Program-made: the position numbers and the translations under genes
The notes under the pieces: model-generated
What the model saw: the letters and a program-made list of their open reading frames with translations, nothing else
Told to the model about the DNA's origin: nothing
The model's database searches: none
DNA from: an uncultured Gemmatimonadales bacterium
GTDB lineage: Bacteria > Gemmatimonadota > Gemmatimonadetes > Longimicrobiales > RSA9
Assembly (NCBI GenBank): GCA_963708135.1
Contig: OY970192.1
Coordinates: forward strand, 4,608,001-4,672,000
DNA length: 64,000 bases
Direction of reading: 5' to 3'
Part shown: positions 41,631 to 50,805 of the stretch, piece after piece
How positions within the stretch are numbered: the stretch's first letter is position 1
Layout: every line of letters begins with the position of its first letter

Positions 41631-42605
41631 TCAGGGCAGGGTGCCGCCTGCCGGCACGAGGCCGGCAAGGGCCAGCTCGGGGGTGGGTCCGTCTTTGAGG
41701 AGGAGGAGCGAGTAGCTCGCGTCCTGAGCCTCGATCTCGATGAGGTCGGCCCAGATGCCGGGGCGGACGGTGACGCGTCGTGCGGGGTCGAGGACGAGGC
41801 GGCGGGCGCGGAAGCGGGCGTGGTAGAGGAAGACGGGAGTGTCGCCCGCGAGGGTGAGCCAGCCGTTTCGGAAGGCGCCGATGCCGCGCCCGCGGCGCAT
41901 GGTGGCGCGGGCGAGGCGGGGGGTGGTGACGCCGAAGGTCTCGAAGTCGAGGAGAGCGCGCAGATCGCGTGGCAGCTCGTCGGGGCCGTGCCAGCCGGAC
42001 TCGCCGACGAGGCGGCGCACGCGCGCGCGCAGAGCCCGCAGCCCGTAGATGCAGGCGCGCCAGAGGCGCGGCCCGAAGAGCACGGCAAGGGCGAGGGTGG
42101 AGCCGGCCAGGGCGAGGGCGAAGGGAGCGTAGCGCAGCGCGACGATGGCGAGGCCGATCGCGACGATGTCCTCGAGGATGCTGAGCGTGGTGCTGACGAG
42201 CACGCTGGGGGTGGCGCTGAGGAGGCGGAGCCCGGCCTTGGTGCCGTGGGCGACGAGCGCGACGCCACCGGCGAGGAGCGCGCCGAGGATGCGGATCTCG
42301 AGGGGCATGGATGCGAGGGCGGCGACGGCGAGCAGCACGGCGGCGGTCGGACGGATGAAGGTATGGAGCGCGTCCCAGAGCGAGTCGATGTAGGGGAGCT
42401 TGTCCACGACGAACTCGACGATATAGAGCCCGGCCGCGCTGCCGATGATGAGGATGTTCTGGAGGCCCTGGAGCTCGACGGGGAGGGTGAACCAGCCGAG
42501 GTGCGCGGCGAGGCCGAGGAGCGCCACGGTGGCGTAGAGGTTGAGGCCGGCGGCGAAGGAGATGCCGAGGAGCTGGCCCAGCAGGACGAGGGAGGTGGCG
42601 GACAT
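41631..42605 (-). CDS. DUF4126-like membrane protein
   Basis: GISFAAGLNLYATV, EFVVDKLPYIDSLWDALHTFIRP, AHGTKAGLR, LSILED. Confidence 0.85.
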   Translation of the reverse strand: MSATSLVLLGQLLGISFAAGLNLYATVALLGLAAHLGWFTLPVELQGLQNILIIGSAAGLYIVEFVVDKLPYIDSLWDALHTFIRPTAAVLLAVAALASMPLEIRILGALLAGGVALVAHGTKAGLRLLSATPSVLVSTTLSILEDIVAIGLAIVALRYAPFALALAGSTLALAVLFGPRLWRACIYGLRALRARVRRLVGESGWHGPDELPRDLRALLDFETFGVTTPRLARATMRRGRGIGAFRNGWLTLAGDTPVFLYHARFRARRLVLDPARRVTVRPGIWADLIEIEAQDASYSLLLLKDGPTPELALAGLVPAGGTLP

Positions 42606-42689
42606 GCTCGTGCGCGGGTGGCGGAGGCCGCCTCGGCGGCCGAGTTACGGAAGCACCGAAACTAGTTGAACGGGCGGTACTTACGCAAG

Positions 42690-43979
42690 CTATGGCGTGG
42701 GTCGGGCGAGCACGAGCGCGGCGTTGATGCCGCCGAAGCCGAAGGAGTTGGAGAGGCAGACGTCGAGGCGGCCGTCGCGGCCGTGGCAGGGGACGTAATC
42801 GAGGTCGCACTCGGGATCGGGGGTCTCGAAGTTGACGGTGGGAGGTACCCAGCAGTGCTGCATGGCGAGGCAGCAGAGGGCGGCCTCGATGGCGCCGGAC
42901 GCGCCGAGGGCGTGGGCGTAATAGGGCTTGGTCCCGCTGACGGGGATGTGATAGGCGTGCTCGCCGAGCACCTTGCGGATGGCGGTGGTCTCGGTGCTGT
43001 CGTTCAGGGGGGTGGAGGAGGCGTGGGCGTTGACGTAGTCCACCTGCTCCGGCCGGATCCCGGCGTTGTCCAGGGCGATGGCCATGGCGCGTGCGGCCTG
43101 GGTGGCATCGGGACGGGGGGCGGCCAGGTGGTAGGCGTCGTTGGTGGTGCCGTAGCCGAGGACCTCGCCGTAGATGCGGGCGCCGCGGGCCAGGGCGTGC
43201 TCGAGGCGCTCGAGCACGAGGGTGGCGGCGCCCTCGCCCATGACGAATCCATCCCGCTCGCGGTCGAAGGGGCGGCAGGCGCGCGTGGGGTCTTCGTTAC
43301 GGGAGCTCATCGCGCGGATGAGGGCGAAGGCGCCGAAGCAAAGGGGCGCGAGCGGCGTCTCCACGCCGCCGGTCAGGGCGACGTCGGCGGCGCCGTCGCG
43401 GATGAGGCGCCAGGCCTCACCAATGGCAATGGTCCCGGCGGCGCAGGACATGGCATTGGTGGCGTTGGGTCCGCAGAAGCCGAACTCAATGGCGATGATG
43501 CAGCTGGCGGCGCCGCAGAAGGTGGTCAGAGCGACGCGGGGGTCCACGGCGCGGGGCCCGTGGTTGTGAAGGGCGGAGAGTTGGGTCTCGGCGTTGGCGA
43601 GGCCGCCGAGAGCGGAGCCCATCTGGACGGCGACGCGGTCGGGCTCGAGTGTGGCGGGGTCGAGGCGCGCGTCGTCCAGGGCGAGGCGGGCGCTGGCGAG
43701 GGCGAACTGCGTGAAGCGGTCGAGCCGGCGCGCGGTGCGGGCGTCCATGTACCGATCGGGCTCGAAGTCATCGACCTGGGCGGCGATCCGGGTGCGCCAG
43801 GGCTCGGGATCGAAGCGGTCGAGGCGCCGGATCGGGGAACGCTCGGCGCGGACGCCCTCCCAGAGCCGCGCCGCCCCGATGCCGGACGCCGTGATCGGTC
43901 CGAGTCCGGTGATGACCACGCGCGGCCGGGGCTCTCCGCCGCGCGCACGATGGTTGCCGTTCGATGTCTCCGGTCTCAT
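42690..43979 (-). CDS. Beta-ketoacyl-ACP synthase II-like (FabF / KS-alpha-type) enzyme
   Basis: RVVITGLG, RRLDRFTQFA, Cys-His-His triad (MSCAAG, NAHASSTPLND, YAHALGASGA), RPFDRERDGFVMGEG, SNSFGFGG. Confidence 0.92.
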   Translation of the reverse strand: MRPETSNGNHRARGGEPRPRVVITGLGPITASGIGAARLWEGVRAERSPIRRLDRFDPEPWRTRIAAQVDDFEPDRYMDARTARRLDRFTQFALASARLALDDARLDPATLEPDRVAVQMGSALGGLANAETQLSALHNHGPRAVDPRVALTTFCGAASCIIAIEFGFCGPNATNAMSCAAGTIAIGEAWRLIRDGAADVALTGGVETPLAPLCFGAFALIRAMSSRNEDPTRACRPFDRERDGFVMGEGAATLVLERLEHALARGARIYGEVLGYGTTNDAYHLAAPRPDATQAARAMAIALDNAGIRPEQVDYVNAHASSTPLNDSTETTAIRKVLGEHAYHIPVSGTKPYYAHALGASGAIEAALCCLAMQHCWVPPTVNFETPDPECDLDYVPCHGRDGRLDVCLSNSFGFGGINAALVLARPTP

Positions 43980-44482
43980 GAACCTCCTCCGATGGACGGC
44001 TCCGCCTGCGCGGCCAGGCCGGAGGCGCGTTCCGCCTCGGCGGCCACGCCGGCGAGCGTCCGGCGCGCGATGGCGCTGATGAACGAGGGGCCGATCACCC
44101 GGTCCGCGGCGATGCGGCCGACGAGCGGCCAGGCGGGGCCGCCCCAGGCGTGGATGACGCTGATCCGGGTGGCGCCGGCCGCGGGCTCGAACGCCCAGAC
44201 CACGTCCATGCCGCGCGTGATCCCTTCGATGTGCCGGTAGCGGATCCGCGACGCTTCCGGCTCGGCCCACATCTCGGAGACCCACCAGGTCGGGTAGCGG
44301 AGTGGTCCACCAAAATCACGCCACGCGGCCATCTCGACCCGCCCACGGCCGAAGCCGTCACGGCGCCGGAACCGCACGTGCCGGTAATGGGGCAGGATGC
44401 GCGGCCAGCGCTCGACGTCGGCGGCGGCGCGGAAGCATGCATCGAGATCCGCCCGCGCGACGTGCTCATCCACCGTCCTCAC
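43976..44482 (-). CDS. SRPBCC/START-fold polyketide cyclase/aromatase-like protein
   Basis: GTG start with GGAGGT RBS; AADVERWPRILPHYRHV, RYRHIEGITRGMDVVWAF, long C-terminal helix; overlaps both neighbours by 4 nt. Confidence 0.82.
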   Translation of the reverse strand: MRTVDEHVARADLDACFRAAADVERWPRILPHYRHVRFRRRDGFGRGRVEMAAWRDFGGPLRYPTWWVSEMWAEPEASRIRYRHIEGITRGMDVVWAFEPAAGATRISVIHAWGGPAWPLVGRIAADRVIGPSFISAIARRTLAGVAAEAERASGLAAQAEPSIGGGS

Positions 44483-45786
44483 GTTCCCACCTCCGTCGCG
44501 CGGTTGGGAAAGAGCAAAGTGTGTAGGGCGGCCGGCGCGAGCAAGTGCGCTGGCCGCAGGAGCCCGCCGGTCGCGGCGAGCAACCGATCCGCCGCGGCGG
44601 GGGCGCGGGCCAGGCGGCCGATCCACCAGTCGGCCGCCGCCGGACGGGACACGATCCGATCGATGCCACGCTGCAGCAGGCGCGGCCCGAGCAGGCGTCG
44701 GGCCCGCCGGCGGGCGTACCGTAGCACCGCGGAATCCAGTCCGGCGTCGGTGCCGGGGAGGCCATCGAGGAGCGAGTCCGCGAGCAGCGCCGCGGTCTCC
44801 ATGGCCTGGTGGATCCCCTGTCCGGTGAAGGGATCGAAGTAGCCGGCGGCATCGCCGACGAGCGCCGCTCCGGGAGCGGCCGCCGTGCGGACGGGGCGGT
44901 CGAAGGGGCCCGATGCGAGCGGCTCGGCGTGCGGCCCCGCGGGGGTCGCTCGATCGAGGCGCCCCGAGAGGGCGGGAAAGCACGGCAACATGCGGGCCTG
45001 AAAGGCGACGACGCCGCGCCGCACCGCCTCGCCGTAGCGTGCCGCATCGACGACGAGGGTCACATTGCACACCTGTTCGCCTCCGTCGGCGGTCACGGGA
45101 GCGAGCCCGAGACAGGCGCCTTCGGCGAGGTGCATCTCCCCCAGCTCGCCGAGGTCCTGGACACCGCGGAGGTGCCGGGTGAGCGAGAGCTTCCGGATCG
45201 GACCGGGAGGCGCGGCGAGCCCCAGGCGCCGCGCGACGATCGAGCGCAGGCCGTCGGCGCCGACCACGATACGCGACCGCAGGGAGACGCGCTCGCCGGC
45301 GGCCGAGACCGCGCGCACGCCGGCCACCCGGCCGTCGGTCCGCAGCAGGTCGCCCACCCTGATGCCGGTGCGGAGCCGGGCGCCCGCTTCGACCGCGGCC
45401 TGGAGCATGGCGGCATCGAGGACCTCGCGCGGCACGGCGAGGGCGTGGTCGGCGTACGGCTCGGTGGCCGTGCCGGCGAAGCGGGCCTCGAAGGCGGCGC
45501 CGCCCGGCGCGTGAAGGCGCCAGCCGGCGAGGCGGGCCGGCGACGTCGCATGGATGCGGTCGAGCAGCCCGAGGCGGCGGAGGAGCGGACCCGCGCCCGG
45601 GCTCACGCAGTCGCCGCAGGGCTTCGGTCGCGGGAAGGCGAGCCGCTCGAGAAGCAGGACGTCGCGGCCGGCGCGCGCGAGGAGGAGCGCCGTGACGGCG
45701 CCGGCCGGTCCCGCCCCGACGACGATGACCTCGGCGTCCCCGCGCGCGGCGGCGGGCTCAGTGGCCGGCGGGCGCGAAGCGGGCAT
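44479..45786 (-). CDS. FAD-dependent oxidoreductase (geranylgeranyl reductase / aromatic monooxygenase family)
   Basis: VIVVGAGPAG, FPRPKPCGD, VVGADGLRS, LVGDAAGYFDPFTGQGI. Confidence 0.9.
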   Translation of the reverse strand: MPASRPPATEPAAARGDAEVIVVGAGPAGAVTALLLARAGRDVLLLERLAFPRPKPCGDCVSPGAGPLLRRLGLLDRIHATSPARLAGWRLHAPGGAAFEARFAGTATEPYADHALAVPREVLDAAMLQAAVEAGARLRTGIRVGDLLRTDGRVAGVRAVSAAGERVSLRSRIVVGADGLRSIVARRLGLAAPPGPIRKLSLTRHLRGVQDLGELGEMHLAEGACLGLAPVTADGGEQVCNVTLVVDAARYGEAVRRGVVAFQARMLPCFPALSGRLDRATPAGPHAEPLASGPFDRPVRTAAAPGAALVGDAAGYFDPFTGQGIHQAMETAALLADSLLDGLPGTDAGLDSAVLRYARRRARRLLGPRLLQRGIDRIVSRPAAADWWIGRLARAPAAADRLLAATGGLLRPAHLLAPAALHTLLFPNRATEVGT

Positions 45787-46513
45787 CGAAGAAGAGGGCG
45801 AAGGCGTCGCCGACGTGGGTGACGAGCAGGCGCGTGGGCGGCTTCATCCCGAACTCGGTGAAGCGCACGGGGATGGCGCCGACGACGCGCAGGGTGTCGC
45901 CGGCCAGGCGGGCGGCGGCGGGCACCTCCACGGTGCGGGTGCGGTCGCGGATGGTCAGCCGGGCGTGAAGCAGGACGGGCTCGCCGCCGGGCAGCGGCGG
46001 GACCGTGGCCGTATCAGAGGCGGCGGCGCCATGGGGCGAGGCCTGCGGCGGGTGCGGCGCCACGGAATCGACCACGAGGGTTACGAAGGGGAATCGGTCC
46101 GCGTCCAGCGTCTCGCGCAGGTGGTGGTCGCGCAGGCCGATACCGGTCCGGATGTCGCGGACGAGCACCTCGACGCGGCCCTTCCCGCCGATGAAGCGAC
46201 CGTCCGGCCCCAGCCATGCCCAGCCGTTGGCGCCGTGCGCCTCCCCGGAGAAGCCGCCCAGCGTGGAGTGCGCCTCGAACCAGAGACGCGAGACGGCGGG
46301 GACGAGATCGAACCGAGAGGGACCGGGCGTCGCGCTGCGAGAGTCCTGCGCCGCCAGCGGGAAGGCGGCGAAAGCGAACCCGGCCGCCCATCCGGCGCCG
46401 CGGAGCGCGTGGCGGAAGCACGCCAGGGCGGCGGCGGCACGCCGAAGCGGGCCGCTCCGGCGGCGCCGGAGGGCGGCCGGCGTGGCCTCGGATCCGCTTC
46501 GGGTCTTCCGCAT
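45758..46513 (-). CDS. YceI-like lipid/polyisoprenoid-binding protein, secreted
   Basis: SRLWFEAHST, IRTGIGLRDHHLR, DRFPFVT, LTIRDRTR, FTEFGMKPP; signal peptide ending PLAAQ. Confidence 0.82.
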   Translation of the reverse strand: MRKTRSGSEATPAALRRRRSGPLRRAAAALACFRHALRGAGWAAGFAFAAFPLAAQDSRSATPGPSRFDLVPAVSRLWFEAHSTLGGFSGEAHGANGWAWLGPDGRFIGGKGRVEVLVRDIRTGIGLRDHHLRETLDADRFPFVTLVVDSVAPHPPQASPHGAAASDTATVPPLPGGEPVLLHARLTIRDRTRTVEVPAAARLAGDTLRVVGAIPVRFTEFGMKPPTRLLVTHVGDAFALFFDARFAPAGH

Positions 46514-46679
46514 GGTCCTCGGTCGGTTCGTGCAGGCGCGGGCAGGGGACGGCCGTGCTAACACGGCACGCGCCCGCCCCGGTTCCATCCGCGGGGGGCG
46601 GCGCGCTGCCGGGAGGCGCGCCATGCACCATGCGTTCCGGGCCCCGCGGCGCGGGGCGCGGCCCGGGACCGGCGGCCGC

Positions 46680-47423
46680 TCAGCGAGGCGGGGGCGGTGT
46701 GCCGGGAACGCGCGACTCCAGGAGCAGGCGCTGATAGAAGTGGCGCCGCACGCGAGGCTCCGGCAGGCCTGCCAGACGGGCGGCGTCCAGGAGCTCCGGC
46801 GGCGTGAAGGCCCGCAGCACGGAGAGAGGCGCATCGTGGCGCGTGAGGGGGTTGGCGCGCCAGAGGGTGGCGGCGAGCAGCCGGGCGCCCAGGTAGTTCG
46901 GCCAGCTCCGCTCGAGCTCGCTCACGAGGACGGCCCGGCGCGAGACGCGCCGCATCTCGCGCAGCACGCGGAGCTGGTCCGCCTCGCCGAAGTGGTGCAG
47001 CGCGAGCACGTGGATGGCGACGTCGAAGGCCCCGTCCCCGAAGGGCAGCGCGCGGGCGTCGGCCGCGGCCACCTCGATGGAGGGAGCGGCCGCGGTGCGT
47101 CGGTGGGCGAGCGCCAGGGCGCGGGGATGGATGTCGGCCGCGACGATACGGAGCGAGCGTCCGTGGCGCCGCGCCCAGCCGGCGATGCGCAGCGGCAGCT
47201 CGGCCGAGCCGGTGCCGACGTCGAGGATCCGGGCGGGCGCCTCGGCGGGCAGGAGGCGCGCGAGGGCGCGGAGCAGGGCCCCCTCGCCGCCGAGCCAGCG
47301 GTTGACGGCGGCGACCTGGCCGAGGCTCTCCTCGTAGACGGCGGGGTCCTCCACGGGCGCGTCCAGGAGCTCGGCCGCGTCCCGGGCGCGTGCGGGGCGC
47401 CGGAGCATGCGCGCGGGCGTCAC
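46680..47423 (-). CDS. Class I SAM-dependent methyltransferase
   Basis: ELLD...VNRWLGG N-terminus, ILDVGTGSA, ADARALPFGDGAFD, LALHHF, SVLRAFTPPEL. Confidence 0.92.
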   Translation of the reverse strand: MTPARMLRRPARARDAAELLDAPVEDPAVYEESLGQVAAVNRWLGGEGALLRALARLLPAEAPARILDVGTGSAELPLRIAGWARRHGRSLRIVAADIHPRALALAHRRTAAAPSIEVAAADARALPFGDGAFDVAIHVLALHHFGEADQLRVLREMRRVSRRAVLVSELERSWPNYLGARLLAATLWRANPLTRHDAPLSVLRAFTPPELLDAARLAGLPEPRVRRHFYQRLLLESRVPGTPPPPR

Positions 47424-48814
47424 CCGACGCCCGCCAGGCGGCCGAGAACGGAGTCGCGCGCGCTGCGCAGGCGCACCGCCATCTCCTCGATGCGCGGGCG
47501 GAGCGCCTCCGGCTCGAGGGTCGTATGGCGCCCGTCGCGGTAGAGCACCCGTCCGGCGACGGCGGCGAGCACGACGTCGCTCCCGCGGGCGGCATGGAGC
47601 ACGGCGGCGGCGGGATCGTTCACCGGAATCACGTGCGCGCCGGCGAGCGAGACGGCGCAGAGGTCCGCCTCCTTGCCCGGCTCGAGGGAGCCGATCCGAT
47701 CCGCGAGCCCGAGGGCACGGGCCCCCTCGAGCGTGGCGTGGCGGAGCAGCGTATCGGCGGGAAGCGCCGTGGCGTCGGCGCGACGGGCGCGCTGCACGGC
47801 CTGGGCGATGTGCGTCTCCTCCAGCACGTCGAGGCGGTTGTTGCTGGCCACGGAATCGGTACCGATGCCGACCGTGATGCCGGCCTCCAGCATCTCGAGG
47901 ACGGGCGCGATGCCGTGGCCGAGGCGGGCGTTGGCGATCGGGCAGTGGGCCACGGCGGCGCCGGCGTCGGCCACGAGCCGGATGTCCGCGGCGTCAACGC
48001 GGACGCAGTGGATGAGGAGCGGCCGGGCCGCGAGCACGCCGGTCCGCTCGAGCAGGGCGATGGTCGAGCGCGCGCGCGGCTCGACGGTGATGCCGCGGCG
48101 GGCGAGCGCCCCGGCGAAGGGGCCGGCGCCGTCGCGGACGAGGAGCGTCTCGGCTTCGGCCTCGGCGGCGTGGACGGCGATTGGCAGCGCCTGCTCCCGC
48201 GCCATATCGGCCGCGCCGCGGAAGAGCGCGTCGGACACCGTATAGGGCGCATGCGGCGAGATGCCGACGCGCACGAGCGGACCGGCGCGCCCGCGCAGCT
48301 CGGCTACGGCCGCGCCAAGCTCCGCCAGCGCGTCGGCGGCCTGGGCCGGAGCAGGCCCGAAGACCTCGCGGTAGACGACGCCGCGCACGCCGGCGCCGGT
48401 GAACGCGTCCACCGCGGCGCCGGAGGACTCCGTGGCGCCGAGGGTGGTGATACCGGCGGCGATGGCCTCGACGCAGGTCCAGGCGGCGGCGGTGGTGGCA
48501 TCGCCGGCGTCCAGCCCCGCCTCGAGCCTCGAGCCGTGGAGCGTCGGGATCCAGAGGTGGAACGGCAGGTCGTCCAGCAGGCCGCGGAACGCCGCCAGCT
48601 CGGGGTGGGCGTGCACGTCCACGAGCCCGGGGAGCAGCGCGGCGGCCCCGAGGTCGATGCGCGCCGCTGCCTCCGGCGCGCGGGCGGCCTCGGCCGGCCC
48701 GACCGCGGCAATGTGGCCCGCGCCATCGACGAGCACCGCACCGCGGCGGATCGGCGGCGCGGCGACCGGGAGCACCCAGTCCGCGGTGTAGAGGGTCGGG
48801 CGGAGGGCGGCCAT
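47420..48814 (-). CDS. Amidohydrolase (MTA/SAH/5'-deoxyadenosine deaminase-like)
   Basis: LPGLVDVHAHPE, SPHAPYTVS, VHAAE, IHCV, HCPIANARLGHG, GTDSVASNN, GSLEPGKEADL. Confidence 0.9.
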   Translation of the reverse strand: MAALRPTLYTADWVLPVAAPPIRRGAVLVDGAGHIAAVGPAEAARAPEAAARIDLGAAALLPGLVDVHAHPELAAFRGLLDDLPFHLWIPTLHGSRLEAGLDAGDATTAAAWTCVEAIAAGITTLGATESSGAAVDAFTGAGVRGVVYREVFGPAPAQAADALAELGAAVAELRGRAGPLVRVGISPHAPYTVSDALFRGAADMAREQALPIAVHAAEAEAETLLVRDGAGPFAGALARRGITVEPRARSTIALLERTGVLAARPLLIHCVRVDAADIRLVADAGAAVAHCPIANARLGHGIAPVLEMLEAGITVGIGTDSVASNNRLDVLEETHIAQAVQRARRADATALPADTLLRHATLEGARALGLADRIGSLEPGKEADLCAVSLAGAHVIPVNDPAAAVLHAARGSDVVLAAVAGRVLYRDGRHTTLEPEALRPRIEEMAVRLRSARDSVLGRLAGVG

Positions 48815-48820
48815 CGAGCC

Positions 48821-50650
48821 TCAGCGGGGGAAGGTGAAGAGATCGCCGGAGACGCCGGCCTGGCGGGAGCGCAGGACCTGCGGGTTCTCGAAGCGGGTGC
48901 TCACGCCGAGGATCTCGCCGATGGAGAGGATCAGGCGGGCGCGCCGGATCCCCTCTCCGAGCGGGACCGCGATGTCGGCGCGGTAGGTGGTGCGGCTGCC
49001 GGCCGGGAACGCGGCGCGCAGGCCGGCGCCGATGGAGCCGCGCCAGCCGGAGTCGATGCCGAAGGGGGCGTCGCCGGGCCAGATGTGGCCGACATCGGCG
49101 AAGGCCGTGCCGCCGAGGTCGAAGACCTGGGGGAAGGGCCAGCCGAAGAAGATCCGGTCCTCGCCCGACAGGACGAGCCGGCGGCCGCCGGGGAAGCGGT
49201 CGGGCGCGAAGCCGCGCACGGCCTTGTCGCCGCCCAGCGTGAGCTGAAAGGGGGTAGTCGTGGCCCAGCCGCCGTCGGCGGCCACGCGCGCGACGAAGGT
49301 CTGGGTGGCCAGCGCGGGAGGTCGCCAGTACGCGAACGCCTCCCCCTCGCCGTACACATCCGCCCACTCCGTGGCCCCGGCCTCCGACCCAATGTTGCGT
49401 CGGCCCTCACCGCGCATGCGGGTGGCGAGGAGCACGTCGCCGACCTCGAAGGCGCCGTAGAGGTTGAAGCGGGCGTAGAGGTCGTTGTCCTGCCCGAATT
49501 GCGGAAGCGCGCGCGCGAGGGACAGGCTCACCTCGGCGCCGAGGCGGATGTCCTGCCGGCCCCGCAGCGCGTCGAGCGCGCGGCGCTGGACCCACCAGAT
49601 GTTGCGCTGCCCGAGGAGCAGCACGGCGCGCACGTTGTCGAGGGGACCGAGCTGCGGCAGCAGGCGGCCGACGGCCGCGGAGTCGGCGGGCGAGCGGTGG
49701 TCGTAGTCGCCATCCACCACGAGGTCGGCGCGGCCGTAGGAGCGCTCCTGGAAGCTGAGCCCGCCGCCGAAGAGGGTGAGGTTGCCGAGCCGCCCGAGGC
49801 GGCCGACCACGGCCAGGTCGAAGCTCTTGTCGCGGACGGGGAGCAGGACGTGGCGGTCGGTCGAGTCGTGCGCCTCGATGTAGTCGAAGAGGCGGTCCTC
49901 GCGGTCGAAGCTCTCGCGCGTGGCCCAGCGGCCATAGTCGCTGACGAACGGGTAGGCGAGCGTCTGCTGGACGAAGGTCCCCGCACGGGTGTGTCCCGCG
50001 CTCGCGCGCAGGTCCCAGCGCGTGGCGGCGAGCTGCGGCGTCTCGTAGGTGGCGCCGTAGTCGCGCGTCACGTCGTGCTCGATGTAGAAGGCGCTCACCG
50101 AGATGCCGCTGCCGATCAGGTTGGCCTCGCGGACGCGCGCGCCGTGGAGCTGGAGTCCGTTCTCGAGGGCCAGGCGCAGGTCGACCGTCGTGCTCCAGTC
50201 GTCGTTGGTGTCCACGATCACGTGGTACGTGCCGTCGGGCTGGAGGATGCCGTAGATGTCGGCCTGGGAGATGAAGTCGTAGCCGCGCAGGAGGCGGGCG
50301 GACTCCGCGAGCAGCACGGGATCGTAGCAGTCGCCTTCGTGAAAGAGGAGCTCGCGTCGGATGACGGGCTTTCGGGTGCGGCGGTGCAGCCGGTTCGCCC
50401 AGTGGTACGCCCAGGAGAAGCGGCTGCTCAGGGCCGGATCCGTGGTATCGAAGATGGAGTGGTTGTCGATGAAGATGTAGGAGATCGTACCGGTGGCGCA
50501 GGCGGCCGCATCGCCGGGGATCGGCCGGGTGGCGACGCGCGCGGTGTCCGCCTCGCGGCCGCCGTCGTGGACGGCCGTTCCGGGCACCTGCGCGCGCGCA
50601 ACTGTGGCGGTGACAAGGAGAACGACAATCCCCAGGGAGAGCCGGCGCAT
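48821..50650 (-). CDS. Omp85/BamA-like outer membrane protein (POTRA + barrel)
   Basis: Signal peptide; POTRA-like RTRKPVIRRELLFHEGDCYDPVLLAESARLLR; EANLIGSG; LGGDKAVRGF; AFADVGHIW; SIGAGLR. Confidence 0.82.
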   Translation of the reverse strand: MRRLSLGIVVLLVTATVARAQVPGTAVHDGGREADTARVATRPIPGDAAACATGTISYIFIDNHSIFDTTDPALSSRFSWAYHWANRLHRRTRKPVIRRELLFHEGDCYDPVLLAESARLLRGYDFISQADIYGILQPDGTYHVIVDTNDDWSTTVDLRLALENGLQLHGARVREANLIGSGISVSAFYIEHDVTRDYGATYETPQLAATRWDLRASAGHTRAGTFVQQTLAYPFVSDYGRWATRESFDREDRLFDYIEAHDSTDRHVLLPVRDKSFDLAVVGRLGRLGNLTLFGGGLSFQERSYGRADLVVDGDYDHRSPADSAAVGRLLPQLGPLDNVRAVLLLGQRNIWWVQRRALDALRGRQDIRLGAEVSLSLARALPQFGQDNDLYARFNLYGAFEVGDVLLATRMRGEGRRNIGSEAGATEWADVYGEGEAFAYWRPPALATQTFVARVAADGGWATTTPFQLTLGGDKAVRGFAPDRFPGGRRLVLSGEDRIFFGWPFPQVFDLGGTAFADVGHIWPGDAPFGIDSGWRGSIGAGLRAAFPAGSRTTYRADIAVPLGEGIRRARLILSIGEILGVSTRFENPQVLRSRQAGVSGDLFTFPR

Positions 50651-50718
50651 GGCGGAAGTTACACTGCCCCAAGCGCCGGGGTCCAGTGCGGCGGGCGCCC
50701 CCACAAGTCCGCGTCTGC

Positions 50719-50748
50719 TTGACACTTCGCGCGCGAGGTGGGTAACCT
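50719..50748 (+). promoter_or_regulatory. Sigma70-like promoter of the maeB-pckA operon
   Basis: TTGACA-N18-TAACCT. Confidence 0.55.
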
Positions 50749-50805
50749 AGCGGATTCGACTCACGCCGGCGCGCCGGAGCGCCGGCCCGCGCGAAATGGA
50801 GACGC

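Noticed and set aside
41631..42605. DUF4126-like gene as part of the KS cluster
   Set aside because: It is separated by 84 nt containing its own promoter-like TTGCGT-N18-TAGTTT, so membership is unsupported.
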